IMG/VR virus record: IMGVR_UViG_3300031565_000011
Strand: one strand, 5' to 3'
From: an uncultured virus (IMG/VR IMGVR_UViG_3300031565_000011)
Taxonomy: Duplodnaviria; Heunggongvirae; Uroviricota; Caudoviricetes
DNA length: 64,000 nucleotides
The position numbers and the translations under genes are program-made. Every line of letters begins with the position of its first letter. The first letter of the stretch is position 1. The notes beneath the pieces are model-generated. The model saw only the letters and a program-made list of their open reading frames with translations. It was not told where the DNA came from and ran no database searches. Below, piece after piece: positions 26,206-36,068 of this stretch.

Positions 26206-26630
26206 GTCTTTCCTCCTTCAAAAACGGGCCGTTTTATCGAACCAGTATCCCTCATTGTTTTTGCTTTGACTGCGACTTCTATGCTTTCAACCAAGCCCGA
26301 TGATCCCTGACAATCCTGTTCGCACTGAACGAGGTCAAAGGCTGATGTGCGTAGGAATATCTCCCTCGGTAAATCTTTACCATGCATATCAAGTAGTATT
26401 ACATTGATGTCTTCGAAGTTCTTATTTATTTCGTATGGAAACGATAGACAATCTATTCCTTTGAAATTCAATGAACAGACCACTACGGCAACCCGTCCTG
26501 CCTCCAGAATATTCAACGCCTTTTCAACGGTTGCTACAAAGGTCAATTCCCAGTCATCGCAACCGTTGAGGATTTTCTTTATTTCCGCGAAACGTTTCTT
26601 CTCTTCTATTATTAGTACTTTCGGTTTCAT
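26202..26630 (-). CDS. Receiver-domain-like protein lacking the phospho-acceptor Asp (pseudo-receiver)
   Basis: KVLIIEE..., A.VEKAL..L, VAVVVCSL...G.D...F...I, NVILL, AFDLV. This is a CheY-like pattern without the D and KP residues. Confidence 0.6.
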   Translation of the reverse strand: MKPKVLIIEEKKRFAEIKKILNGCDDWELTFVATVEKALNILEAGRVAVVVCSLNFKGIDCLSFPYEINKNFEDINVILLDMHGKDLPREIFLRTSAFDLVQCEQDCQGSSGLVESIEVAVKAKTMRDTGSIKRPVFEGGKT

Positions 26631-26636
26631 TATAGC

Positions 26637-26879
26637 TCAACCTTTCAACAGAGCCGAAAGAATTGCTGCTACAATAGATATAATGGTCGCTATCCCTCCA
26701 GCATATATAGCGACCTTGGTTTTAAGCACTGCTATTTCGGTACACTGATTATTCACCTTTTTGGTCAGACTGATTATTGCATCAGTAAGCTTATTTATAT
26801 CAACGCGGAGGTATTTAACATCCGACTTGACCTCCGCTTTGAATTCGATAAGCTTGTCATGTTCGGCACCATTTGACAT
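26637..26879 (-). CDS. Coiled-coil plus C-terminal TM protein (XhlA/holin-like)
   Basis: Coiled coil followed by a hydrophobic helix. Confidence 0.55.
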   Translation of the reverse strand: MSNGAEHDKLIEFKAEVKSDVKYLRVDINKLTDAIISLTKKVNNQCTEIAVLKTKVAIYAGGIATIISIVAAILSALLKG

Positions 26880-26902
26880 GTGATTTCCTTTCACTTCACT
26901 AA

Positions 26903-29122
26903 TTACCAAGTCAAAGCAGTTGATTCAAAGTCGGTCCATTCTTCGTATCCCAACACATCGACATATGCATTATGATCCGTTCCTGCCCCGATATGACGTA
27001 GCCCTATTTCTTGAAGGTCGTTAAGATCAACCCAACCTACGACGTTATTCCAAAAGTCAAGACCGGGGGATATTGTAAAGGATGCAGTATGAAGTTGATA
27101 GTCCATTGATAGCCCGGTGGCCGGCCATGAAGGAATCTCGTGCAACCCAGGAATCCCTCCTGACGGAGGGGTTGGATTTGGAGGTCGAAGAAAAAGCTGT
27201 TGCGTTCCATCTTTCCCGATTACGAATGCAGAAACATTTACTCTCATCGAAGTCGTAGGAACCCGGCTAGCAAGCGAAAGTGTAAGCCAACCGGTATCTG
27301 CAAATGACCCTTCCGCTATTGCTCGCTGCCCCAATTCATAAGAGACGTGGTTGCCGATTTTCCGAAGTTGGGCCAACTCCCACGAACCGAGAGAAAGATT
27401 TAAAACTGCTGCGACAAACTTCCAGTAAATCCATCCAGCGGCAGGGAAATCAAATAAAGAATTATCAAGAAGTGGGCCAGAAGCCCATGGCGGTCTTGCT
27501 GCAGTAGAATAAACAAGATCAAGCGATCCGTCTGCTTTCCCAATAAGATATACGTAATACCATGCCGCCTGTGGACCAGCAGCATGTCCCGGATCATTAT
27601 CTTTTGCGCCTGGGCCATAAGCACCGGCAAATGCTACGTCAAGAGCATAGGCTCCGAAATCTCTTCCGTAGTCATGATATGGGCCATAGTTTACCCCTCC
27701 AACGGTTTTTCTAAACGTACCTCTCATTTGATGCAGCCGGTAAGTATCATACGGGCTCGAGTTCTTCGGATAAAATACCATTGCTTGTTCGGCAGCCAGT
27801 TTTGGAATTCCAGGGAATACAGAAACTGGCTTCAGGGTTCCATCTTCATTTAATGAAACGTCAAGCCTATCGTCAAGATCGGTCTTACTTCCCTTTGCAT
27901 CATCCAGAATTGTTTCGGCAGCAGCCAAATCAGTATCAAGAGTTTCTACATCCCTGGTAGGTGGGGTTTCCCATCCAACAGTTCCCTTAGTGATTTTTAT
28001 TTCAGTACGAAGCCGGTTAAGATCATCTTCAAGATCACTAGGAACTCCGACATAAGTATCGTCGTACACTCCAGAGTTCGCGATTTTTGTTTGGTCGATA
28101 TCAGCAGTCGGAGCTATGTTTGCATCGAAGATAATGACCGACTTAAGAGAACCATCTTCGTTAAGTGAAACATCCAGCCTATCATCGAGTGTCGCCTCGG
28201 TTCCTCTGGCAGTTTTAATTTCGTCTCGGATCGCCTGGACCGGATATATGTCTCGGTTTACTTCGTCAGCAATTTCGGCGGTAAGGATAGTATTATTCGC
28301 GTCACGAGTTAGGGTCGCCAACTTGATATAATAATGAAGGTTTTGGTCTGGGTCTTGGAATCCATTGGTAGGGATACCGGTCGAGTTCTCCCTGACGTGA
28401 AGAACATGTTTCAGTTTATATCGAAGAGCCGATACGAACGACGAACCACCGGAAAGAGGATGTTCAAGATTCGGATCTTCTAGTTCGTCGATTTCATCAA
28501 GGTATACATCGAGATATATCACGTCTGGTCTTGGAGCGCCTGGAGTCGATGGAGCAACCCTGAAAGGATCATCCATTGCGGCCACAGTCGTCATATCTCC
28601 GCCCGAGATATTTATCTCTGTTTGAGTATTTGAAATGATCGCGAAGCCAGTCGCCACCCTTGTATTCGGATAGATGGTCCTACCTGCGAATTCATTCACA
28701 GTCCAATTCGCCCCGGTATTTGTAAGCTTTGTTGCCGTAAGAGCGGTCGAACGATCGTGAAGAGTTTCGGCGTCGACGTTAATTGAATCGAACTCGATAG
28801 ATGTGTACCAGAGTCTTCCAAGATGTCCAGCAGCCACGATCCTTCCTGCATCATCGACCGCCATGCTTCCGCCGCCGCCTTTGATTGCGAAGTTATTTAC
28901 GTTATTGATAGTCGACTGAGCAATCAAGAAAGCATTGGCGTCAGGAGAGCCATCCCCGAAAAGTTCCAGGGTTCGGCGGATCTGACGATAGATGGACTTC
29001 AATACATCGTTGATATCTGCATCAACGAGTGGCTTATTCGGACCCTGCTGAAAGACTGCTATGAAATATTCAAGCAGTTCGTTATATATATCCCTGGAAA
29101 CGTTCGCGTGTGCCTGACCCAT
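26903..29122 (-). CDS. Baseplate/tail fibre protein (DUF6519-like N-terminus)
   Basis: FQQG.P.VDAD.ND and IYLDVY..E..EDP.L motifs; internal repeat LDDRLDVSLNEDG(S/T)LK twice. Confidence 0.65.
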   Translation of the reverse strand: MGQAHANVSRDIYNELLEYFIAVFQQGPNKPLVDADINDVLKSIYRQIRRTLELFGDGSPDANAFLIAQSTINNVNNFAIKGGGGSMAVDDAGRIVAAGHLGRLWYTSIEFDSINVDAETLHDRSTALTATKLTNTGANWTVNEFAGRTIYPNTRVATGFAIISNTQTEINISGGDMTTVAAMDDPFRVAPSTPGAPRPDVIYLDVYLDEIDELEDPNLEHPLSGGSSFVSALRYKLKHVLHVRENSTGIPTNGFQDPDQNLHYYIKLATLTRDANNTILTAEIADEVNRDIYPVQAIRDEIKTARGTEATLDDRLDVSLNEDGSLKSVIIFDANIAPTADIDQTKIANSGVYDDTYVGVPSDLEDDLNRLRTEIKITKGTVGWETPPTRDVETLDTDLAAAETILDDAKGSKTDLDDRLDVSLNEDGTLKPVSVFPGIPKLAAEQAMVFYPKNSSPYDTYRLHQMRGTFRKTVGGVNYGPYHDYGRDFGAYALDVAFAGAYGPGAKDNDPGHAAGPQAAWYYVYLIGKADGSLDLVYSTAARPPWASGPLLDNSLFDFPAAGWIYWKFVAAVLNLSLGSWELAQLRKIGNHVSYELGQRAIAEGSFADTGWLTLSLASRVPTTSMRVNVSAFVIGKDGTQQLFLRPPNPTPPSGGIPGLHEIPSWPATGLSMDYQLHTASFTISPGLDFWNNVVGWVDLNDLQEIGLRHIGAGTDHNAYVDVLGYEEWTDFESTALTW

Positions 29123-29135
29123 CGTTTTTCTCCTT

Positions 29136-30683
29136 CTATGGGAACGTTACCTTGAAATCGACTATGTAACGAACCCGATCGTCTATGAAACGAAGAGGAA
29201 AGCGTTTCACCCAGAGAAGCGTTCCAGTGTCGGGCGCTGATGTCGAATCACTCGCAAATTGCCCTGCCTCCCTGGATTCAAGATTAGTAAACGTATTAAG
29301 ATCAATGAAACACCGAATAAGAACCTTCTTAGTTGGGGTCAAGGTTGGATTGTCGGACCCGTCTAAATAAACCCAATTCCTCGGAAACTCTCTGTATAGC
29401 TCTTTTACTAATATCGTTGCTCCTACCGGCGGGGTGGGAGTTCCTGATATGTCCCAAACTGATAGCCCACTCCCAAGTGCAAAACGTCCGAATCCTTGAG
29501 ATAAGTTGGGGTTCGGCAAAGGGAAGTATGATGTTAAGAAAGCTGCGCCTGCGGTGGTAAAGTCTGTTGGATAATTTAGGTTAAATGTTTCATGCATAAT
29601 GAAATATATATCATCCAGAATATTGAAAAAGTCATCAATAATATTCTCAACTTTCCTGACCTGCGATCCCTTTATTCGTTTTGTCGCATTAGGAATAACG
29701 ACAATCGCTACCTTATTAAATCCAATGCTCGAACCATCGGTTAGATCAGCTATGACATAGAAAATGTTATTTTCAGTTAGGAAATCTATTTCCCCTTGTA
29801 AGTCAAGGGTATTAAGGAAACCATTCGGATATCCGTTCATATCTATAACCTCATCCATCGGGACGATCGTTACGGTATGACCAGTAAAGATATTATCAAT
29901 AAGGGAGGTTGTTACGTCTTTCCTTCCTTTCTTTTTATATAAGTCTGGCAGACCAAGAACTTCGGCCCTTGCGGCATCAACTGGGAGATCCCAGTTATAT
30001 GCCCATCCATAAAGAGCAGAAATAAGACTCAGAAATTGAGGCGACGTTCTTGTTGCATCATGGATTACCCCAAGTCCATCCCTGGTTGCTATTGCTCTAG
30101 TCAAGGCAAGCGGTTCATTGAAGAATATATTGAAGAGCTTAAGAAAACGCTGGAGTTCCCCTTGGTCAGTTAATCCATCTTCCGACAACATTATTTTCTC
30201 ATATGCGTCTAACATTGTTGGACTAAGGACACGCTGTCCAGACCCGAACCTTGCCTTGTCATAAGTCCTATGAATCTCGGCTAATTCCAAAAAGAACTTG
30301 TCCTTCTTTTCCGACTTGGTGTCATGGGCTAGTTCGTAAGCTTCTGCGCCTATTCCAGAATACCAGGCGCTGGAATATTCAGTAAATATTTTATAATAAA
30401 AGAACTCCGGTGCCAAACTAGGAAAATCGGTAAACCGTTCTACTGTCGAATCGGAAGTCTCGAATATATTAAGCCCATCATTCTCATCTTCTGGAAACGA
30501 TCCGAGTTTCTGAACTATTCTGAGCTTGGTTACATTGGTATAGTCAACCGGTTTAGTCCAACGTAGAATTATCTGCGGGCCTTCAATCGCTCTGGTGGCG
30601 GATAGACCAATAACGATACGATCGTCTATAGGTGAAGTCCCATAGACGAAAGTACCGTATAAAGGGGTTCCATATAAAGACAT
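29136..30683 (-). CDS. Baseplate wedge / P2 gpI-like tail protein
   Basis: G.LQRFL..F, FL..IS..YGW, LYKKKG; follows the J-like gene. Confidence 0.65.
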   Translation of the reverse strand: MSLYGTPLYGTFVYGTSPIDDRIVIGLSATRAIEGPQIILRWTKPVDYTNVTKLRIVQKLGSFPEDENDGLNIFETSDSTVERFTDFPSLAPEFFYYKIFTEYSSAWYSGIGAEAYELAHDTKSEKKDKFFLELAEIHRTYDKARFGSGQRVLSPTMLDAYEKIMLSEDGLTDQGELQRFLKLFNIFFNEPLALTRAIATRDGLGVIHDATRTSPQFLSLISALYGWAYNWDLPVDAARAEVLGLPDLYKKKGRKDVTTSLIDNIFTGHTVTIVPMDEVIDMNGYPNGFLNTLDLQGEIDFLTENNIFYVIADLTDGSSIGFNKVAIVVIPNATKRIKGSQVRKVENIIDDFFNILDDIYFIMHETFNLNYPTDFTTAGAAFLTSYFPLPNPNLSQGFGRFALGSGLSVWDISGTPTPPVGATILVKELYREFPRNWVYLDGSDNPTLTPTKKVLIRCFIDLNTFTNLESREAGQFASDSTSAPDTGTLLWVKRFPLRFIDDRVRYIVDFKVTFP

Positions 30684-32593
30684 TAGCCGCCTCCCGTATA
30701 GGAGAGGGTGTTACGCTCAAGAACGCCAATTTCATTTTCTAATACGTCAACATTCCCCCTATAGTCAGCGGTTCGGAATGATGCCCTATCTCCCCCTAAC
30801 ATCGGAGTCAAGCCCGAAGCAATGGTAAAGACTATCTGTCCGTTATCAGCGGTATAAGATGAATCAAGTACCCCAATATTTGTTTGTAATCCAGAAAGCG
30901 AACCTCTCACGTTGAATGTATTGGATGTAATAAGAGTAATCGTCCAAGTTTCTTTTACTACATTTCCACTAACTGCAATGTCACCAAAAGTAGCATTTCC
31001 GGTCCAACGATCCAGGGAGACATCACTTCCCTTAACAAGCAATGTAAGTTTGGTGATATCAACATAGTCAACACCGACAACCTCATCAATCACCCTGGTT
31101 ATATCCGATTCGCGGATAGCCTTCCCGAATTCCTGGTTCGTCGCTTGAAAGAATTCTGCCAGAGCGACGTCGACGTCTTGTGTAACTGATGCCTGAACAT
31201 AATTAGCGAATATGTGAATTGTTCCACCTATATCAATCCGTGCCAATCCTGGGTCGAATACTTCAGGGGCCACCCGTATGCTTCCCTTGGCCAGTAGCTC
31301 GACTTTTACGGCGGCCTTGAGAGTAGATGATGGAAGACCACCCCCAGTTGGAATAATATATACTGCCACATTGTAGGTAGCCCCTGGAGCCGTGACCCTA
31401 ACGGCATTCGCATTGCCCACACCAGATATCGACTTCGCACCAGTAATATAGTCGGCTTTGCTAATATACCGGTCATTTGTTTTGAGTATTTCTGACCCTC
31501 TTATCTTTGCTTCGATAAGGGACATACAATCCGCACCGCCTGTAGCAGCTGCTAGATTTATCACTGCCAAGTTTGCCGGAGCACCACCAACTAATATTTG
31601 AGAGTTTACCTGTTTAATAGTCGTGGCCCCTACATTCCCGGTTGCTCCTCCGCCTTCTCTAAAAGCAGCCTGGATGGTTGCTCCAGCCACCGGGACTTTT
31701 CCTTGAGCACCATTGCCAAGGATCATAACAACGGTATCATCCCACTTTCTCTTCCAGATGAAAACCTCATCAGTAGATACTTGCTGATAAAAGGTAACCA
31801 CTGATGCCCAAATTACATCCCCACCTCCCTCATTTATAAGAAGGTATAATGTGTTATCTATTATTTTTGTTGAAACAGTTCGCATTTGTTGGAACTGTGA
31901 TCCATCCGAATTGTCCATCTGTTCCGTGGTAGACTTTCCTTCAGTCGCAGCAACCAGAATATCCAAAGCCGATACATATGCACCCAACGAAACCAAATAT
32001 CCTGACGGAACGTTTGAGTTAAGCTGAAGTTGGGTAGAAGTAGGCTTACTTATAATGGTCCGTTGAATAGGGGCAGTCACGTTATCCCCTATTTCAACTA
32101 CTTGGCCAACCACGAATCCAGTCGAACTACAATTGATTAGATCGGTCCCTCCAGTATCTGCGGTCAATAATTCATGTTTCATTACCGCGGTAATATCGGT
32201 CTCGAAATATATTGGTGATAGATCGGAAAGGGTCTGACATTGTGTCAACGCTGGGATGGAGATATCCTGTTTCAGTGACGCAATGATAGAAAACTTCAAA
32301 GTGGCAGTCGCCGGGTTAGCAGCTGGAATATTCCAGAAGAAGAAGATTTTTTCCAGGCTCTCCCGTTTTATACAGCCAGTCCTTTCATCTCCGACGAACC
32401 CTTCCATGGCCGCCCGATCCACGTAATAGTGAAGCACGGAGATCGCTGCTGCGACTTCATCCAAGAAAGCGTTGCCCAAGTCAGACGGATTGTCATCGGT
32501 CCACTCCGGCGTAGTATAGGGTTTCCGTCGGATCATTTCATCCTTCAGGGCGTCCTCTTCCCTGCTTGTATAATCGGTAGATGGCGCTCCCAT
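30683..32593 (-). CDS. Baseplate J-like wedge protein
   Basis: DYTSR, PEWTD.NPSD.G, G.GAQGK.P, GGGATGNVGA, AATGG.D and DR.I...DY. Confidence 0.85.
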   Translation of the reverse strand: MGAPSTDYTSREEDALKDEMIRRKPYTTPEWTDDNPSDLGNAFLDEVAAAISVLHYYVDRAAMEGFVGDERTGCIKRESLEKIFFFWNIPAANPATATLKFSIIASLKQDISIPALTQCQTLSDLSPIYFETDITAVMKHELLTADTGGTDLINCSSTGFVVGQVVEIGDNVTAPIQRTIISKPTSTQLQLNSNVPSGYLVSLGAYVSALDILVAATEGKSTTEQMDNSDGSQFQQMRTVSTKIIDNTLYLLINEGGGDVIWASVVTFYQQVSTDEVFIWKRKWDDTVVMILGNGAQGKVPVAGATIQAAFREGGGATGNVGATTIKQVNSQILVGGAPANLAVINLAAATGGADCMSLIEAKIRGSEILKTNDRYISKADYITGAKSISGVGNANAVRVTAPGATYNVAVYIIPTGGGLPSSTLKAAVKVELLAKGSIRVAPEVFDPGLARIDIGGTIHIFANYVQASVTQDVDVALAEFFQATNQEFGKAIRESDITRVIDEVVGVDYVDITKLTLLVKGSDVSLDRWTGNATFGDIAVSGNVVKETWTITLITSNTFNVRGSLSGLQTNIGVLDSSYTADNGQIVFTIASGLTPMLGGDRASFRTADYRGNVDVLENEIGVLERNTLSYTGGG

Positions 32594-32601
32594 CTTTCAC
32601 C

Positions 32602-33048
32602 TCAAAGAAGCGTAACTCTGACTTCCGCCAGCGTTGGTCTGCCAGTATCCCCTTTATAGAAAGGAAAAACCAAGTTCGCCTTGGTCATTGTATTTACAAA
32701 GTCAATAGTCATTTCTACGTAGAGCATTGATTTATCCTCAGCTACCCTGGTCTGAACGCTCGACAGAATTAACCGAGGCTCTTGCTCTATAGAATCCGTC
32801 AAAAATCTGACCGCTAATCCGGGCGCCTTTGTCAACTGTTCAAAAGAAAGTTCGAAAAGTCTTGAACCAAAACCCCGATTATATCTACGACTTTTAAGAG
32901 AAGTCATCACTAAGTGCTGGAGACATTCAATTACATGCATCTCGAACTTAGATGCTTCAGGACCATCATGAGAAATCGAGTTCCCTCCTATTCGAAAGGG
33001 AAACTTCCAACCACGACCAAGTATTTCACGATTTAATGCCATCGCCAA
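32602..33048 (-). CDS. Baseplate gp25/GPW-like sheath initiator
   Basis: LGRGWKFPF, FGSRL..L.FE, EPR and NLVFPFY. Confidence 0.85.
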   Translation of the reverse strand: MAMALNREILGRGWKFPFRIGGNSISHDGPEASKFEMHVIECLQHLVMTSLKSRRYNRGFGSRLFELSFEQLTKAPGLAVRFLTDSIEQEPRLILSSVQTRVAEDKSMLYVEMTIDFVNTMTKANLVFPFYKGDTGRPTLAEVRVTLL

Positions 33049-33442
33049 ATTCCTTCATTAGTTTGAAGATAAATGGGGTACGTTTCTGTATCTTGTTTAA
33101 GATACTAGAAAGTCCTACCCTTTGTTCTTCCACTTCCTTGCAGTTTACTTTATCGAGCATTCCCAGGAGTTCATCCCTCCAGTCTTCGAGTAGCCGTATC
33201 TCTTCTTGATTTACGCTATGCCTTTTCGATTCCCCTATGGCCTCGATTACCGAAGAGAGTTTATCTTTTAATGCGGCTTCCCTGCTTCTAATATGTTGAA
33301 GCCTCGTTTTCAATTTCCTTAACCGATCATCTAGTTGCTTCTGCAACTTGGGCGATGACTCTTGATTCATGTCTCGAAATATCGCTACGATTTTCTCCCT
33401 TGACTCTTCGGGGAGTGATCGGAGCATTTCTTCTATTTGCAT
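33026..33442 (-). CDS. Hypothetical coiled-coil protein
   Basis: Coupled ORF in the baseplate operon. Confidence 0.6.
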   Translation of the reverse strand: MQIEEMLRSLPEESREKIVAIFRDMNQESSPKLQKQLDDRLRKLKTRLQHIRSREAALKDKLSSVIEAIGESKRHSVNQEEIRLLEDWRDELLGMLDKVNCKEVEEQRVGLSSILNKIQKRTPFIFKLMKEFGDGIKS

Positions 33443-33990
33443 TATTCACCCTTCACTTTCTGTGTTTCATCTGTTGCCGGAACAAATATAGCAGGGGCAA
33501 GCGGTGGACCGCTCGGACTTCCCACAGTTATCGGATGAGTATGAAAATTATATTTGTTCAATCCAAATGATCCGAGTATCAATCCTTGAACAGCGGTTCT
33601 TCCAAGTTTAATCGTTGCGGCTTCGATTATCCGAAGGAGCGCTTGCTCCTCCCAGTTGTTGCCCGCCTTTATATATATATTAGCCAATATTTCAGCAACG
33701 ATATCACCAGGTGACCCGGAGCCGGCCGGCGCTTCCGAGGCACCACCGGGAGCCCCTAAAAATGCACCGGACCAAATAGGCGAATCAGGATCGCCGGCTT
33801 CAAACTCGATCCATACCTTAGCCCCAACTTTTGGGGTATACCATATCCCTGGAAATGGAAAACTCGGCAATGCCCAGTCAGTAGGAAATTCAACAAAGCC
33901 GGCCTTGGGCACATATGCTTTAATTCGTCCAAGGATCTTTGAGTCATTGTTATCGAACACTGTACCGGCATATTTACCGAATAAACTCAC
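33442..33990 (-). CDS. Baseplate spike (gpV/gp5 OB-fold)
   Basis: GKY.G.V..N.D...GRIK, WA.P, P.VGA.VW.EFE.GD.D.PIW.G, and C-terminal HTH. Confidence 0.88.
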   Translation of the reverse strand: MSLFGKYAGTVFDNNDSKILGRIKAYVPKAGFVEFPTDWALPSFPFPGIWYTPKVGAKVWIEFEAGDPDSPIWSGAFLGAPGGASEAPAGSGSPGDIVAEILANIYIKAGNNWEEQALLRIIEAATIKLGRTAVQGLILGSFGLNKYNFHTHPITVGSPSGPPLAPAIFVPATDETQKVKGE

Positions 33991-35147
33991 AACGACACCT
34001 CTGCAATTACATCAGGCTGAACCGATTGCCCAGGATTCCGGTTGCTTGGGGTCTGACTTCCCGCTATACTTGGAGGTAAACGTTTCTGTAGACCCATTCT
34101 GGTTTTTACAGCAAAGAACCTGGTTATATATCCTTCTGAATCATCCCGGTAATGCATCACGCTCTTCACATAATAATATCCCGACAGATGCCCAATACCC
34201 GATATACGAACCGCTCTTCTCGCCTTTATCTTTGGGTTACCGTTAGTCTTCCCCCATCCAGAAAGTACATACAAATCCTTCTGAGCTTTCCGGTTTGCCA
34301 GGTCCTGAAGGGTCATAACATTGGTAGCCCCATCCACTGGAGAAATATACCTTGTCGGAGACGGTATGATTACTGAACTTGGGGCTCGATAGGTCGGAGA
34401 ACTTCTTGTTTCCTGTTGTGTGAATGCATCGGGAACCACAATAGATCGAGCAGTCAAAACTGTACCGAGGTCTTTGTCAAGGATAGATGTTATAAATGTG
34501 TTGGCAGTACTCAGAAGAGTTTTAGTAGGCCAAAAATCAATTAGTTCATTTTCTCCCTCTCCATAGTTCAATTCAAGCCTGGTATCATCAAACTTAACTT
34601 GATGAAAATGCAGAGTCTTATCCTCAATGTATAAAATATATCCGTTTCTTTTGGCCAACTTCGCAAGAAATGTAAGGTCCGACATATCGAGTTGGTTTAC
34701 TTGTGAACGTCTTTCTTGTGTGGTTTCGACTTCCGAAAGCAAAGAATATTCAGCAGCTATTTGTGTCGTTATTTCGGAGTCCGTTATATTCCTGAACGTC
34801 CTTCTGCGTTCTCCTTTTTCTTTCAATTTAATTGACTCATCAAATCCGATCAGCCGAATAGTCGGGGCATCTCTTTCTGGAAAACCATATGTAGGACGCT
34901 GAATTATAAAACGTCCCATATATTCAAACGTTCCTCCTATCCCGATCCACACGTCAAGATTTCCTCGCTCTCTAAATATATCGGTATCAGTTATTGCACT
35001 GCCTTTATTCCATAGCTCCACAATCGCCATGTCGGCCATGCAATCATCCTGTCGAATCTCGACGGAGAAGAGATGATCCTTCAAACCAAGAGCCTCAAGC
35101 TCCTGGCCATCGAGGTAAACCTTCGGCTGAAAAGTTCGCAGAGTCAT
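33987..35147 (-). CDS. Baseplate hub (gpD/gp27-like)
   Basis: TDS.I..QIA.EY.L, Q...SD..FL..LA.RNGY, GNP.I.A and SG.YYV.SV.H. Confidence 0.85.
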   Translation of the reverse strand: MTLRTFQPKVYLDGQELEALGLKDHLFSVEIRQDDCMADMAIVELWNKGSAITDTDIFRERGNLDVWIGIGGTFEYMGRFIIQRPTYGFPERDAPTIRLIGFDESIKLKEKGERRRTFRNITDSEITTQIAAEYSLLSEVETTQERRSQVNQLDMSDLTFLAKLAKRNGYILYIEDKTLHFHQVKFDDTRLELNYGEGENELIDFWPTKTLLSTANTFITSILDKDLGTVLTARSIVVPDAFTQQETRSSPTYRAPSSVIIPSPTRYISPVDGATNVMTLQDLANRKAQKDLYVLSGWGKTNGNPKIKARRAVRISGIGHLSGYYYVKSVMHYRDDSEGYITRFFAVKTRMGLQKRLPPSIAGSQTPSNRNPGQSVQPDVIAEVSL

Positions 35148-35464
35148 ACGGAACCGAAGTCAGTAAAACTTGGTATTAGAAGAATTCGTCCCTTGTCAAT
35201 TTCGTCATCTGGGTAGAACATTCCGTTTATATCCGCTATGAGAAACCACCTTGTTGATATTCCACAAGAGTTATGAGAAAGAAGATCAAGAAGATCGCTT
35301 TGGTTTGTTTCGTGAATACTAACAGTCTCCTTCATATCCTTCTGAATAAACATTCTTCTATCATGTAGAAACGTAATAGTCTTTCCATCTTTGGTAACCT
35401 TGCTCGCAGTAATCTTTTTTCCATTCTCTCCACGGATGTATCTCGATCCTTCAAATATAGACAT
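35144..35464 (-). CDS. LysM-like/tail X baseplate protein
   Basis: SRY...D.LD.L......W..IAD.N...P...L.IP. Confidence 0.75.
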   Translation of the reverse strand: MSIFEGSRYIRGENGKKITASKVTKDGKTITFLHDRRMFIQKDMKETVSIHETNQSDLLDLLSHNSCGISTRWFLIADINGMFYPDDEIDKGRILLIPSFTDFGSV

Positions 35465-36060
35465 CAGAAATTCCTCCGATCCTGCCCCTTCTGTCGAGGA
35501 CGAATTACCTTCCTAAAAGTCACGGACACCCTTGCCCGAATCGGACTAAACTGTGAATCTTGAATTTCCTCGACCCCCGATATCTTAGTGATTACTACTC
35601 GCTGCGCTTCGATTCCCTTTTCGATAAATATTACATTAGGAGTCCGAACAAACCTATCATCTATCAAGAACAATCCAGGATTAGAATGAGAATCAAGCCA
35701 GTTTAGTTTCCCGACGACCGAATCCTTATACCCCTGTTTCGACCCATGAAAGCCAAAGTCGGTGAAAAGAAGTTCAAGAGAAAACTCTGACTTTTTTATT
35801 CCCTTAAACTCAATTGCATCATCTCCACCAATAATATGCTTATCATTAAACTCAATGGTCTTTTCAAAGGGCCAAGTCGTAGGATTGTAGTCTAACTCAA
35901 TAAAATCATCCAGATTTTGCTCATCACGAAAAACAACTTTATTGCCAATTTTATTTCTGGCATTTGTTTTTACATTACGGGGCTTCTTTTCAATCACTCC
36001 ACGTTGCGAACCCACGATATCGCTTCGCAGCCCCTCAAGATCGAGTTCGTTACCAGGCAT
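35464..36060 (-). CDS. Tail tube initiator (CIS-tube-like)
   Basis: YNP...K, L.L.F and PIRA.V.VTF; follows the tape measure gene. Confidence 0.7.
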   Translation of the reverse strand: MPGNELDLEGLRSDIVGSQRGVIEKKPRNVKTNARNKIGNKVVFRDEQNLDDFIELDYNPTTWPFEKTIEFNDKHIIGGDDAIEFKGIKKSEFSLELLFTDFGFHGSKQGYKDSVVGKLNWLDSHSNPGLFLIDDRFVRTPNVIFIEKGIEAQRVVITKISGVEEIQDSQFSPIRARVSVTFRKVIRPRQKGQDRRNF

Positions 36061-36068
36061 AGTTCACC

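Noticed and set aside
26903..29122. Diversity-generating retroelement target in fibre genes
   Set aside because: No reverse transcriptase and no adenine-specific TR/VR repeat pair was noticed in this window.
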